From NCBI GenBank assembly GCA_002269645.1, contig NIVC01002063.1, positions 1-64,000 of the forward strand: DNA of 64,000 nucleotides, written 5' to 3'. Below the pieces are notes generated by a model, which made no database searches, was not told the DNA's origin, and was given only the letters and a program-made list of their open reading frames with translations. Position numbers and translations under genes: made by a program. The DNA is from Macrostomum lignano (Eukaryota). This document shows positions 24,256 to 39,446 of this stretch, one piece after another (the first letter of the stretch is position 1; each line of letters opens with the position of its first letter).

Positions 24256-25771
24256 TTATTCGATAATTCCCTGGGCCAGCACGGATGTCAGCAGTTGATG
24301 CAGCAGTTTTCTCCAAGCCTGCTTGTCGGACTCGCTCAGGTGCAGCTCTGAGTTGAGAGCGTCCAGTAGGGCTGCCCGCATGCTCTGGAATTAGTTTGGG
24401 TAGATTGGGTTTCCAGTTGGGCAGATAGGGTTTCCAGTTAGGGCAGATTGGGTTTCCAGTTGGGCAGATAGGGTTTCCAGTTAGGGCAGATTGGGTTTCC
24501 AGTTGGGCAGATTGGGTTTCCAGTTAGGGCAGATTGGGTTTCCAGTTAGGGCAGATTGGGTTTCCAGTTGGGCAGATTGGGTTTCCAGTTAGGGCAGATT
24601 GGGTTTCCAGTTAGGGCAGATTGGGTTTCCAGTGCAAAGCAAATTTGATTCCAAATCGGCATAGCAACCTCAAAGTGCATTCGTCGAACGCCCATTTCGG
24701 CGTGGGATCTGCCCACCATCCTTGGCACCTCCGAGTCGATGACGCCGTCTTCTGAGTCGGCGAGGTCCCGGGCAGCAGCGCCGAGCACGCTGAGCACCCG
24801 AAGTCCGTGCGCTCGAAGGGCTGGCAGTTCTGCGAGGTTCTGCCTGGTGACACCTTTGAACCGGGGGAACAGGTCCTGGGCAGAGGGACTGAGCTCGAAT
24901 GTCCTGCGATTGATGGGGATTAATTGGAGCTGGATTCTCATTGAGACTGAGCTGGATTCTCATTGACATTGAGCTGGATTCTCTCAGTAAGATTGGGCTG
25001 GATTCTCAGTGAGATTGAACTGGATTCTCATTGAGATTGAGCTGGATTCTCATTGACATTGAGCTGGATTCTCTCAGTGAGATTGGGCTGGATTCTCATT
25101 GACATTGAGCTGGATTCTCATTGACATTGAGCTGGATTCTCTCAGTGAGATTGAACTGGATTCTCATTGAGATTGAGCTGTGTTCTCATTGAGACTGAGC
25201 TGGATTCTCTCAGTGAGATTGGGCTGGATTCTCAGTGAGATTGAACTGGATTCTCAGTGAGATTGAACTGGATTTTCATTGAGATTGAGCTGTGTTCTCA
25301 TTGAGAATGAGCTGCAGAACTCTCAGTGAGATTGGGCTGGATTCTCATTGAGATTGAACTGGATTCTCATTGAGATTGAGCTGTGTTCTCATTGAGATTG
25401 AGCTGGATTCTCATTGACATTGAGCTGGATTCTCTCAGTGAGATTGGGCTGGATTCTCATTGAGATTGAGCTGTGTTCTCATTGAGAATGAGCTGCAGAA
25501 CTCTCAGTGAGATTGGGCTGGATTCTCAGTGAGATTGAACTGGATTCTCATTGAGATTGAGCTGTGTTCTCATTGAGACTGAGCTGCATAACTCTCAGTG
25601 AGATACTAATTAAGCAGAGCTCAGGAAATCTCACCTGAGAAACAGTTGCACAGCAATCCGATCTCTCTGAGCATCTATAAGTGGCCAGTCGCGGGCAATG
25701 GCGCTTCTCTCTGCTTCAGTGAGACTTGCTGCTTTTAGAGATTGGGAATCTTCAAAGACAGGGAAATTCAT
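24256..25771 (-). CDS. Globin, 3 exons (25771-25635, 24903-24669, 24384-24256), 166 aa
   Basis: MNFPVF...IARDWPLI...VQLFLR|TFELSPSAQDLFPRF (CD1 Phe)...LRAHGLRVL (E7 His)...GRSHAEMGVRRMHFE (F8 His)|SMRAALLDAL...KQAWRKLL. Introns at the canonical B12.2 and G7.0 positions. The second donor is a weak GTTGCT. Confidence 0.9.
24400..24632. repeat. 21-22-bp minisatellite (gggcagattgggtttccagtt[a]) in globin intron 2
   Basis: Tandem units. Confidence 0.9.
24925..25605. repeat. About 22-bp minisatellite (gagattgagctggattctcatt) in globin intron 1
   Basis: Tandem units with length variants. Confidence 0.9.
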
Positions 25772-27182
25772 TGTCTTGCTGTACGCGCGGTGTCTTTTCT
25801 GTTTCTTCGCTCGATCATTAAATACTCGATTGTCCGTGGCTGTTCACATAATGTAAAATAATTGGCCTTCCCAACCAAGATTCTGATGTAGCTATACATG
25901 TGCTAGGTGTGGGATCGTTTTACAAGCTGGACACTTGGTAGCTAAATTACATGTACTAGGGCAGTTTGTACCTTCAGTAAGGACATTTCTTTATTAATTG
26001 TTCTAGTAGGATCGTTCGTTAGTCGTGGCTCTGGGCTCAGGCTCATTACAGCTTACATGTATATTAACGATTGAACTAATTCCTTTCCTTTTGTGTCATG
26101 ACGTTTACGAAGTTCGACAAAAACTATATATGCCTGTAAAAAGTAACATAGCTGCAATATTATATGTTGCTAGATAAATTATGTTTGTTCTACATTCGCT
26201 AATCGATTCTTCTGTTTAAATTTAAAAATAACGATAATGAACGATTTTACATGCTGTCAGTTTAATAAAATTAATGCGATGCTTATATGTATACAGTGTA
26301 CGTAAGTTGCTATGCACATTCAGTGGCATGTGTACGAGCGTATCCATTATGTTAACTAATAATGTACATGTACATGTACATGAAATTTAGTTGTTTACTT
26401 TACAGTACTGAACTAAAATTGAGGGATGGAATCAACTCTTGATTATCAAAAAAAGAAGTACATTTACATATTGAATTCGAAGCATACTATACATGTACAA
26501 GTCGAAGCTGGAATCGATGCTACACGTGCATATTCATAAGTGTATATTACACAATGTATGTTTGAGCAAGCGCATGTTTTGATCTATAAGTTAAATACAT
26601 TTAAAAGTTGTATATAATAAGTTAAGTTATGTACAACGGATCGCCAAGCACTTTTTTGCTAGATGTAAATCGTAGCAAAAGAAAGTATAGGGTTACATGT
26701 AATTCAAATTAAATATTAACGGGGGTATCCATTATAATTATTCTGACAGATATATACAGACTGATATAGATGCCGAAATACTGTATCTGTAGCTAGGTGT
26801 ATGATTCACAACCACTACTACCAGCAACTGGACTGCAAAGCTCTGGAAATTGTCAACGAGCAACGAGCAATAACTTTAGTAAACACGTAGGTACTGTAAT
26901 TCGCGCGCGTAAAACCAATCGTATTCGAAGCTAAACAAAATAAATAATTAAATTATAAAATTGTCTTCTGTAATCATACTTTTATTTAAATTTATGTATA
27001 AAGAAATAAAAATCAGCAACATAATAATTTTAATTAAAATCTAACTGGCCTAAATTTGCTTTCTCTAAACAATTTGGTTTCTTAATGAAGCCCCTATTTT
27101 CTCTAATGTAAAAAAATATTTTTCAACGCATTCCTGTTTATAAGCCAAAATCCTGGCACCTGGTACTGGAAACAAAACCGCT

Positions 27183-30100
27183 ATGCAAAAGCACTCGTCA
27201 GTTTCATTGGGAAGAAATGAAGCTGACGTTGTGGTAAGTAATTACCATTATTGGTTTGAATCGCATAAACAACATTAAATCAACAACCCAGCCCATAAGA
27301 AACTGAAGCCCAGAAGCTATTCTTCGAATTATCGTCTGCTGATTTTAATGGATATTACTTTACATTGTGACGAATTTAAATTGAATTTGAATTTGAACCT
27401 ATATTCTTGTCCTACACAACAAAACTTTACTTTTCCTGCATATTGTACAATTAATGTTATAGCTAACATCATTTAAACATCTGTGTGAATAATATATTTA
27501 TTGATTTATATTAAAAAACTAACCGTTTTTTCAGATGTTTCAAGAGCGTTGTGGGCTAGTAATGAAGTGGGTAAGTTAAAAGCAATAATACTTTCAAAGA
27601 CTGAATTTCTCAATGACATTATTTTCATATGATATAATCATTCATAAAGAAAAGCTTAAGTTGCTTCATAATTTCACTTTATTAGTAAAAAACTTTTTAG
27701 GATACAATTAAATACTAAGCCTTTGTGTCTAATTAAATTAAGGTAAAGTTTAAGTAATGCCACTTTGTTTAAATATTTATAACAAAAAGGCTATTGCATT
27801 GTTTATATACTACTACTCGGAATATTTCAAGTAAATTAGTAAAATATTTTATCAAGTATCAATTTCAGTTAGATGACCACTAAGATTAAAATTATTTTTT
27901 TTCCATTTTTTCCATTAAATTATATTTTTTCCATTTTAGTTCAGCAAATGGAACCCGGAGCAGAGACGAGTGCTGCTTCACGAGCTGCTGGTGGACTGTA
28001 CCATCAAGGAGTCAGACTTCCTGCACCAGCACACTCAACGCTACGTTCCTCAGGTGCGCGTCGACATGACAGTAGAGCTGCCCAGACGGCTGAGTTTGAA
28101 GATCTTCTCCTACCTTGATCCGCGTAGTCTTTGCCGATGCGCTCAGGTAAAAAAAGTTATTAAAACTATTCAACTATTTATTAATAAATTGAGAACGAGC
28201 TGAATTCTCATTGAGATTGAGCTGGATTCTCATTGAGATTGAGCTGGATTCTCAATGAGATTGAGCTGGATTCTCAATGAAATTGAGCTGGATTCTCATT
28301 GAGATTGAGCTGGATTCTCAATGAGATTGAGCTGGATTCTCAATGAGATTGAGCTGTATTCTCATTGAGATTGAGCTGTATTCTCATTGAGATTGAGCTG
28401 TATTCTCATTGAGATTGAGCTGTATTCTCATTGAGATTGAGCTGTATTCTCATTGAGATTAAGCTGTATTCTCATTGAGATTGAGCTGGATTCTCAATGG
28501 GATTGAGCTGTATTCTCATTGAGATTGAGCTGGATTCTCATTTAGATTGAGCTGGATTCTCATTGAGATTAAGCTGGATTCTCATTGAGATTGAGCTGGA
28601 TTCTCAATGGGATTGAGCTGGATTCTCATTGAGATTGAGCTGGATTTTCATTTAGATTGAGCTGGATTCTCATTGAGATTAAGCTGGATTCTCATTGAGA
28701 TTGAGCTGGATTCTCAATGAGATTGGGCTGGATTCTCATTGAGATTGAGCTGGATTCTCATTGAGATTGAGCTGGATTCTCAATGAGATTGAGCTGGATT
28801 CTCAATGAGATTGAGCTGGATTCTCAATGAGATTGAGCTGGATTCTCATTGAGATTGAGCTGGATTCTCAATGAGATTGAGCTGGATTCTCATTGAGATT
28901 GAGCTGGATTCTCAATGAGATTGAGCTGGGATCAGGCCGAGATCGCGCTAGTCATCAGAAATTTCCTGTATTTTTATTTGCACAAAAATTTTACTAACTG
29001 AACATTTAACTTTCGTTGCGTGCTACTTCTTTATTGGAAAACTAGTAGCGAGTCTAGCTCCAATTACTTTCACTCTCCAAGGTGAATTCGCGCTGGCACT
29101 GGCTCTCTGAGGCCAACGAAGTTTGGCTGCCAAAGTGCAACAGGTTGCGCTGGCTGCTGCCGCCTGAAGGTCACGAAGACATTCAGCGTACCATGCGCTG
29201 GACTGGCGGCGCCCTCCTACCAGACGGTGTGTACAAGCGGCTGTACAGGGATAATCTGCTTAGTTTACAGGTGAGCGGGGTTTTGCATGATGCTTGATTT
29301 TATAGTCATTGAGAGTGGAAAAAATCGAAGTAATATAGCTAGTAGTATACTACTGAAGATTAGTATAATAGCTAGTAGTATAAAATCTACTGCAGATACA
29401 GTTGTTTAGTAAATAGTAATTTTTTCAAAAATATCTTCATGTACTACAGTGTCAAAATGTATAAATTAAATCTAATTTTCAATAGTCTCTATTTCTTTTC
29501 TTTGTTTAACATAGGACGGTCACCAGGTAATTATTTATTTGTGTGTTTTTCTTGGACCAATGCTTAAATCGCTACTTAGGGATTCTATATATTAACTATA
29601 ACTGCACTGTCATTTTTATCGAAGTTTTACCATCACCATCTTTGTGTAGATTTGCTTAGTTCTGTGCGTGCATATTTAAAATACTACTTGAGGTTAATTA
29701 AGTCTCTCCAAATATTCATTATGCATGGACAAGCATAAGGAAAGATGTCAAATTACGAGCTAGAACAGAACTAAGCAACGCCGAAAACTTGTTCATAACA
29801 TAAAGGGAACATAAAAATGAAGAAAATTATTTTGGAGTTTAATGTGAAGTTGTGAACTGTAGAAGGCTTCTCAAATGGAAGCTCCTGCACACTGCACCGG
29901 CTGTGGACAGTATGACTCGACGCAGTTGATGTGACTGGCTTCGTTGAGTGCTACAGTACATGTACCTCCTTTGTCAACGGCGTCTTCAATCCTAGCAAGC
30001 CACCCGCTTGATTGGTCAAAATCTTTGACGGTTGTACCAAGGCCAAAGTCACGTGACTGTTCCCGTGTTTTAACGGAGGACCAAGGCCAAAGTCACGTGA

Positions 30101-32793
30101 CTGTTCCCGTGTTTTAACGGAGGACCAAGGCCAAAGTCACGTGACTGTTCCCGTGTTTTAACGGAGGACCAAGGCCAAAGTCACGTGACTGTTTTCGGGT
30201 TTAAACCGAGACCGCCCCGCCATTTTTCCCGCCGGGCCAGATTCAAGACTTAAATATTTATACTTCGAACGCAAAAAGGGGGTGTTAAAAATCGATGAGA
30301 GTGCCCGCAGGGAGAGAGTGGCACACAGATTAAACATGAACAAGGCTAGAGATAAGGACAGAAAAATCAGCCCTGGGAGTAGGGTTTGGTGGGAGGCCAA
30401 AACGCAGGGTGGAGAGATAAGAATTAAACACACACCCAGCGAGACAGCCAGCCAATCAGAAAGCAGGAGGAGGGACGAACGGAGAGCAAAGGATTGCAAA
30501 AACACACACGAGCACCCAGAAGAGACAGGAATACCTGTGCTTTCATTTGATAGCGTCAAGTTCGCATTGTTTTTCAGTAGTATCTCATCTTCTGTATTTC
30601 TAATTCCGTATATGTTTAATTTTTTTTCCTAAAAATTCAAAGCACGACGGAGTGGCACTGATGGAGCGCCACAGGCTGCTGGAGACGTCTCGCCGGCAGG
30701 ATGCTCAGGTCGAAGCTGAGCGCCAGACCCGCCTGGAGACGTCCAGACGGAGGCAGCTGCCGCTGATGCAGGCGCCCTGGCACTCCAGTGGAGCCGCTCC
30801 AGCTCACCGGTTCAACGTGCTGGATAGTCAGGATATTCAACGAATGGACTCCAGGAGAAGGGATCCGCCGCCGAGGAACACGTAAGTATCCTCGTGTTGC
30901 GTCTCTGCTAATTCTTTCCTTAGGAAAATCCCTGCTGCTTTCGATATTTGAGGGATCCCTGTTTCTTTAATCTAAGGGAAATCCCTGTTTCCTCGATCTA
31001 AGGGGAATCCCTGTTTCGTGTATCTAAGGGAAATCCCTGTTTCTTTGATCTAAGGGAAATCCCAGTTTCCTCGATCTAAGGGAAATCCCTGTTTCGTGCA
31101 TCTAAGGGAAATCCCTGTTTCCTTGATCTAAGAGAAATCCCTGTTTCGTGTATCTAAGGGAAATCCCTGTTTCCTTGATCTAAGAGAAATCCCTGTTTCG
31201 TGTATCTAAGGAAAATCCCTGTTTCTTTGATCTAAGGGAAATCCCAGTTTCTTTGATCTATGGGAATTCCCCGTTTCTTTGATCTAAGGGAAATCCCTGT
31301 TTCCTCGATCTAAGGGAAATCCCTGTTTCGTGTATCTAAGGGAAATCCCTGTTTCCTTGATCTAAGGGAAATCCCTGTTTCTTTGATCTAAGGGAATTCC
31401 CCGTTTCTTTGATCTATGGGAAATCCCTGTTTCCTCGATCTACGAGAAATCCCTGTTTCACGTATCTATGGAAAATCCCTGTTTCGTGTATGTAAGGGAA
31501 ATCCCTGTTTCGTGTATGGAAGGGAAATCCCTGTTTCGTGTATCTAAGGGAAATCCCCGTTTCTTTGATCTATGGGATATCCATGTTTTAAGTTATTGCT
31601 TATTTTCTCTGATGAACTAAAAGCGTAAACTGACGCTTATTATTGAACTACATTTATTGTTATTTGGATTTCCCTGCCCCAGCATGAGGAGCGTTGTGCA
31701 GGTGCCCTCCGGTCGACCATTCTGCTCTTCAATCAACATATCGGGCAGTTCGCCGGAGCGAGCCGAGCTCCGTGGAACCACAGCAACAATGCTGAACACA
31801 TCGAGATCTTTTCACGCGACTGTAAGAATATTATGGGCACTTTAAATAGCTGTGTACTCGTAAAATGATCGGACGGGATAAACTATTCTAACTCCCCAAT
31901 AATCCATTTGTCAGAGAGCTCTGTTCTCCGAGTCCACCACGCAGACACCTGCGGCTCTGTGGCGGGCTGCCTCAGCCGCCGCCGCCGCTGCCGCAGCCGC
32001 TTCTGATGAAGATGGCAATGACGAAAAGAAGAAGAAGGACAAGAAGAAAAAGAAGAAAAATGACAAAGCCGGTAGCGGCGAAGATGAAAGCGACAGCGAA
32101 GGAGGCGACAAGAAGAAGGACAAGAAAAAGAAGAAAAAGGACAAAGCCGGTAGCGGCAAAGATGAAAGCGACAGCGACGGAGATGAAAAAAAGAAGGACA
32201 AGAAGAAAAAGAAGAAAAAGGATAAAGCCGGTAGCGGCAAAGATGAAAGCGACAGCGACGGAGATGAAAAAAAGAAGGACAAGAAGAAAAAGAAGAAAAA
32301 GGACAAAGCCGGTAGCAGCGAAGATGAAAGCGACAGCGATGGAGGCGACAAGAAAAAGAAGGACAAGAAGAAAAAGAAGAAAGAAAAAGCCGGCAGCAGC
32401 GAAGATGAAAGCGACAGCGATGGAAGCGACAAGAAAAAGAAGGACAAGAATAAAAAGAAGAAGAAAGAAAAAGCCGGCAGCAGCGAAGATGAAAGCGACA
32501 GCGATGGAGGCGACAAGAAAAAGAAGGACAAGAAGAAAAAGAAGAAGAAGGACAAAGCCGGAAGCGGCGAAGATGAAAGTGACAGCGGCGCTGAGGAAGA
32601 CAAAAAGAAGAAGGACAAGAAGAAAAAGAAGAAGAAAGATGGTAGCGAGGAAGAAGAGGACAGCAAGGGCGAGGGCAAGCAGAAGAAAAAGAAGAAGGAA
32701 AAGCAGATAGAGGAGTTCAAGCCGAGGAAGCTGAATCTGAAGGAGGGCGCGTCTGGCAGAGGCAGTCAGCCTCTGCTGACTCCAGACTCCTGA
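27183..32793 (+). CDS. FBXO16: F-box only protein 16-like; exons 27183-27233, 27535-27570, 27940-28146, 29082-29270, 29515-29526, 30643-30881, 31683-31821, 31915-32793; about 583 aa with a K/D-rich repeat tail
   Basis: [11 protein letters not shown]|[20 protein letters not shown]...[23 protein letters not shown]|VNSRWHWL...WLPKC matches FBXO16 as I recall it (FDKWTDSQRRRIL; [24 protein letters not shown]). PWHSS...RFNVLD is also FBXO16-like. All phases join (1752 nt). The first exon could extend upstream from an acceptor at 27144. The last two exons are less certain. Confidence 0.75.
28195..28930. repeat. 22-bp minisatellite (gagattgagctggattctcatt) in FBXO16-like intron 3, same family as globin intron 1
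   Basis: Tandem units. Confidence 0.95.
30036..30192. repeat. 44-bp tandem repeat, each unit carrying the GTCACGTGAC palindrome
   Basis: accaaggccaaagtcacgtgactgttcccgtgttttaacggagg x3 plus a partial unit. Confidence 0.9.
30935..31580. repeat. 26-bp minisatellite (taagggaaatccctgtttctttgatc) in an FBXO16-like intron
   Basis: Tandem units. Confidence 0.95.
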
Positions 32794-32905
32794 GCGGTCG
32801 CTGCGGCAACCTGAAACTTTCAAAGTCTTTGTGCACAAGGACCGCTGGTAAATTATAACCCCGATTTCGTTTTGAAATGCATTAACAAAACAGGAAGTTT
32901 GCACC

Positions 32906-32911
32906 AATAAA
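32906..32911 (+). terminator. Putative polyadenylation signal of the FBXO16-like gene
   Basis: AATAAA about 110 nt after the TGA at 32791-32793. Confidence 0.5.
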
Positions 32912-32940
32912 GTATTTTGATTGATGCTGGTTTGTTGGTC

Positions 32941-33784
<844 letters not shown>

Positions 33785-34349
33785 TAGTGTTTGTTCATGA
33801 CTACAAAATGCAAACCAGTGGAATCCTTCATATTGTTAATGCTAGAAGCAGCTGTTACGTGGTCTAGGAGCAGTCTACTGACATCTTTTCCAGCTAATTT
33901 TAATCTCATAATTTCGCTAGTGGGTCCTAAACGAAAGAGATTCATAAAGCCATGTAAAGCACTTAAAAGCTGTTTCACTGCGCTGAACAATATAGATGAT
34001 ATATATGATATTTTTTTTCTTTCTAAAAACATAACTCGCTTCTGTCTGTAACGCTTGCATCTGACGCATTCCATTAGAAAAATCATTTTCATCACTTTTT
34101 ACTGTGTTTATCGTTAATACAGCTTTTGCTCTTTTTTAAGAGCGCTTTCTCTAATTATACGAGTAATTCTATTTTAGAACGAAAAAAATACGTTTCTTTT
34201 CATTTCTGCGGTGTTCGCCAGCACACCTTTGATTTCGTTTCAAATTGACTTTTTGATTAAATTCTTCTTTAAAAACAACAGCTTTGCTCTGCGTCTTTCA
34301 TAGTCTGCACTTTTTGCTTCTTCTGGCTGAACGATTTGTCTTCCGTAGA

Positions 34350-34700
34350 ATGTGCGTCTGTCTGTGTCTGCCTTCCTGTCTGTGTGTGTCTGCCTTCCTG
34401 TCTGTGTGTGTCTACCTTCCTGTCTGTGTGTGTCTGCCTTCCTGTCTGTCTGTGTCTGCCTTCCTGTCTGTGTGTGTCTGCCTTCCTGTCTGTGTGTGTC
34501 TGCCTTCCTGTCTGTGTGTGTCTGCCTTCCTGTCTGTGTGTGTCTGCCTTCCTGTCTGTCTGTGTCTGCCTTCCTGTCTGTCTCTGTCTGCCTTCCTGTC
34601 TGTCTGTGTCTGCCTTCCTGTCTGTCTCTGTCTGCCTTCCTGTCTGTGTGTGTCTGCCTTCCTGTCCTTCTTTTTGTCTGTCTTAGTATCTTAGTGTCTG
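34350..34700. repeat. 22-bp repeat (tctgccttcctgtctgtgtgtg)
   Basis: Direct reading. Confidence 0.9.
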
Positions 34701-35314
34701 TCTGTCTATCTGTCTTATAGTGTCTGTCTGTGTCTGTTTATCTGTCTATCTGTCTGTCCTGTTTTTAGCTGCCTGTCTTTTTCTGTATTTCTAATTTTTT
34801 TATTGTCTATGTTGTTATAAAACCTGAAGTAATTCAGCTTTGAAAAACCTTACGCTAATGAGCCATGGTCTCAGTAGTCATAATTGCTTACTGAAAATAG
34901 AATTTAGAAAGTTTCTTTATTTATCCGCATATAATCTGCAGCGCAGTGTTAATTAGCAAATAACAGCTTAACTTGTACATAGCGCGTTTATTTATCTAAG
35001 TTTTTTCAAGATTTCAATAAATCTTAAACTGTCTAAGTAAATTTTCAACGATTAAAACAAAAGCCCGCCGATTTGATTCGTGGATCGACAAACTGCGGGT
35101 TATTAATTGTAATAATTTTTTCAAACAGCTTCTAGACTTCCCATTGTCAATTCTTTGCCAAGCCTAATTTAATTTAAAACCCAAGTTCATTGCTTCTACA
35201 ACTTGAAGATTTTCATTTTTCCGGAAATTAATTTTTCTTGTCTTAATCTTGAACAGAAATTTGTCATTAAATATTAGATTCATGCGGACAAAGTCACGCA
35301 GTGAAGACCTGCCG

Positions 35315-37509
<2,195 letters not shown>

Positions 37510-37799
37510 TGTTAAACAGTTCTTTTTTCTGCAGCCGAGAATCGAACTTTGCAGAGTGTCTGTTTGATCAAAGAGTAATTTAGCCATTTTTAGCCTGTAA
37601 TCTATGCAATTAGAGAGACCATCATTATTGTTTCAGAGAACGTAATTGGTTAATTTAAAGCTGCCCTTAGAGAGTTGAATTTTAATAATTGCTTTTGACT
37701 ACAGAGATGAATTTTGCGATGGATGGGTTTTGAAAGGGTTTGGTAATAAAGGGTTTGATTTTAGGGTTTGGTAATTAAATTTTTTAGGGGAGAGAATTG

Positions 37800-38500
37800 G
37801 GAACAGGCCATCATGGGAGTAGCAGGGAGAAACTGAGTGAGAGAGTGGGAGAGAGGCTAGGGAGAATGAGAGAGGGAGAGGGATGGGAGTGAGAGAAAGG
37901 TAGAGTGTAAGAGATTGAGAGTTATTGAGAGGGAGGGAGATAGAGGGGGAGAAAGAGAGTGTGGGAGAGAGGGGGGGGTAGAAATAGTAATGTATTTTAT
38001 TAAAGTTGCCGATATTTCGAGTTAGGTTACTATACGTCAGGCAATAAGTCTTCTTTACTCTTCTCAGGAGAGAGAGAGAAGGGGAGAGAGAGAGGGGGGA
38101 GAGAGAGAGAAGGGGAGAGAGAGAGAGAAGGGGAGAGAGAGGGAGGAGGGCACCTCCAATCTCAGGCACTGACACGGTAGAAAGGACTGAAGAAATTCAA
38201 TTTAGTTGAATTGCCGATATTTCGAATTAGGTAAACTCTTCGTCAGGGCTGTAAGCGAGTAAGCGAGAGGTGGGAGAGAGGTAGAGTAAGAGAGGGAGAG
38301 AGTGAGAGTAAGAGATGGGAAGAGTGAGAGTGAGAGAGGGAGAGAGTGAGAGTAAGAGATGGGAAGAGTGAGAGTGAGAGAGGGAGAGAGTGAGAGTAAG
38401 AGATGGGAAAAGTGAGAGTGAGAGAGGGAGAGTGAGAGTAAGAGATGGGAAGAGTGATAGTGAGAGAGAAAGGCCGGAAGTGAAAGAGACAGAAGAAGGT
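37800..38500. repeat. GA-rich low-complexity region with short tandem units
   Basis: Direct reading. Confidence 0.85.
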
Positions 38501-39446
38501 GGAGTGAAAGCATGACCAGATAAATACCCTCTGCAGAAAAACAGTGAGCAAACAAATCGCAATGTTCACCTATTTACTGTCCACTTCTGCCGCTGTTCTT
38601 AAATTTAAAAAAAAGTTTTTTGTGGATTTTTTCTTCAACCTCTTTCAAATCTTGATAGCTTTTGTTATTACTGACAGCGAAATCGGCCGCAACCATCTCG
38701 GCAACTTTTTTATATGCCCTGAAGGGAAGAGGAGGATGAAGAGCCATGCAGCGTCCCGGATTCGACTGCCAATAAAACTGCTCAGTGGGACTCAAAGCCA
38801 ATAAGGGGATTTCACAGTCAAAAGGGATCTAGCTATAGGTCTCGTTTAATATCGAACCTCGCTGTGACTGTCTGTGACAGCAACATGATTCACAAGCTAG
38901 CGACTAACTCATCCGTCATTCATTGGCGCAATCTGCATAAACAGAAACTGTTTTGCATTGCAGGAAAAACAGCAGCCTGCCTTTCCGAGCAACTCAGTCA
39001 TTAAGTGGCAATAAAAGCAGTGCATTCTGGGTCTCTCTATCTGTCCAATTCTTTCAAGTTGCAATAACGATATGGAAGACGTTTTGAGGAGTGCCATACA
39101 TTTTTGTGTGCCTCTGTCACGAAAAGGCCTTTTTTAATGCACGCAGCTGTTCTGCGGCAAAAACTGACACAATGGGGCCCATCGAACACATAATTCGACG
39201 TCTTCCAACTCTAACCCCTTGCCCTCTCCAACTGGGTCTTTAGACTGCAGGGAGTATTTACACAGAGAAGCCGAGCTCCACTGCTTTCATTGTGTATCTG
39301 TTTCGCCTATAACAATAAGAAACTTATTAATTAAGTAGCTAACGACAAATATCTACGCAGTCGTGAGGCGTGCGTTTCTGAAGCAGAGAGCAGTTCAAAG
39401 CTTCGCGTCTAGCTCTCGATCCCCTCTAAAGGAGCAACCAGCGGCC

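Noticed and set aside
30158-30632. Overlapping 116-133-aa ORFs in an FBXO16-like intron
   Set aside because: No motifs; probably part of an unclassified repeat.
31911-32907. ORF-track calls 32006-32710 (+, [10 protein letters not shown]) and the two minus-strand hydrophobic ORFs
   Set aside because: Shadow frames of the K/D-rich exon. The unlisted frame has the splice acceptor, phase continuity and poly(A) signal.
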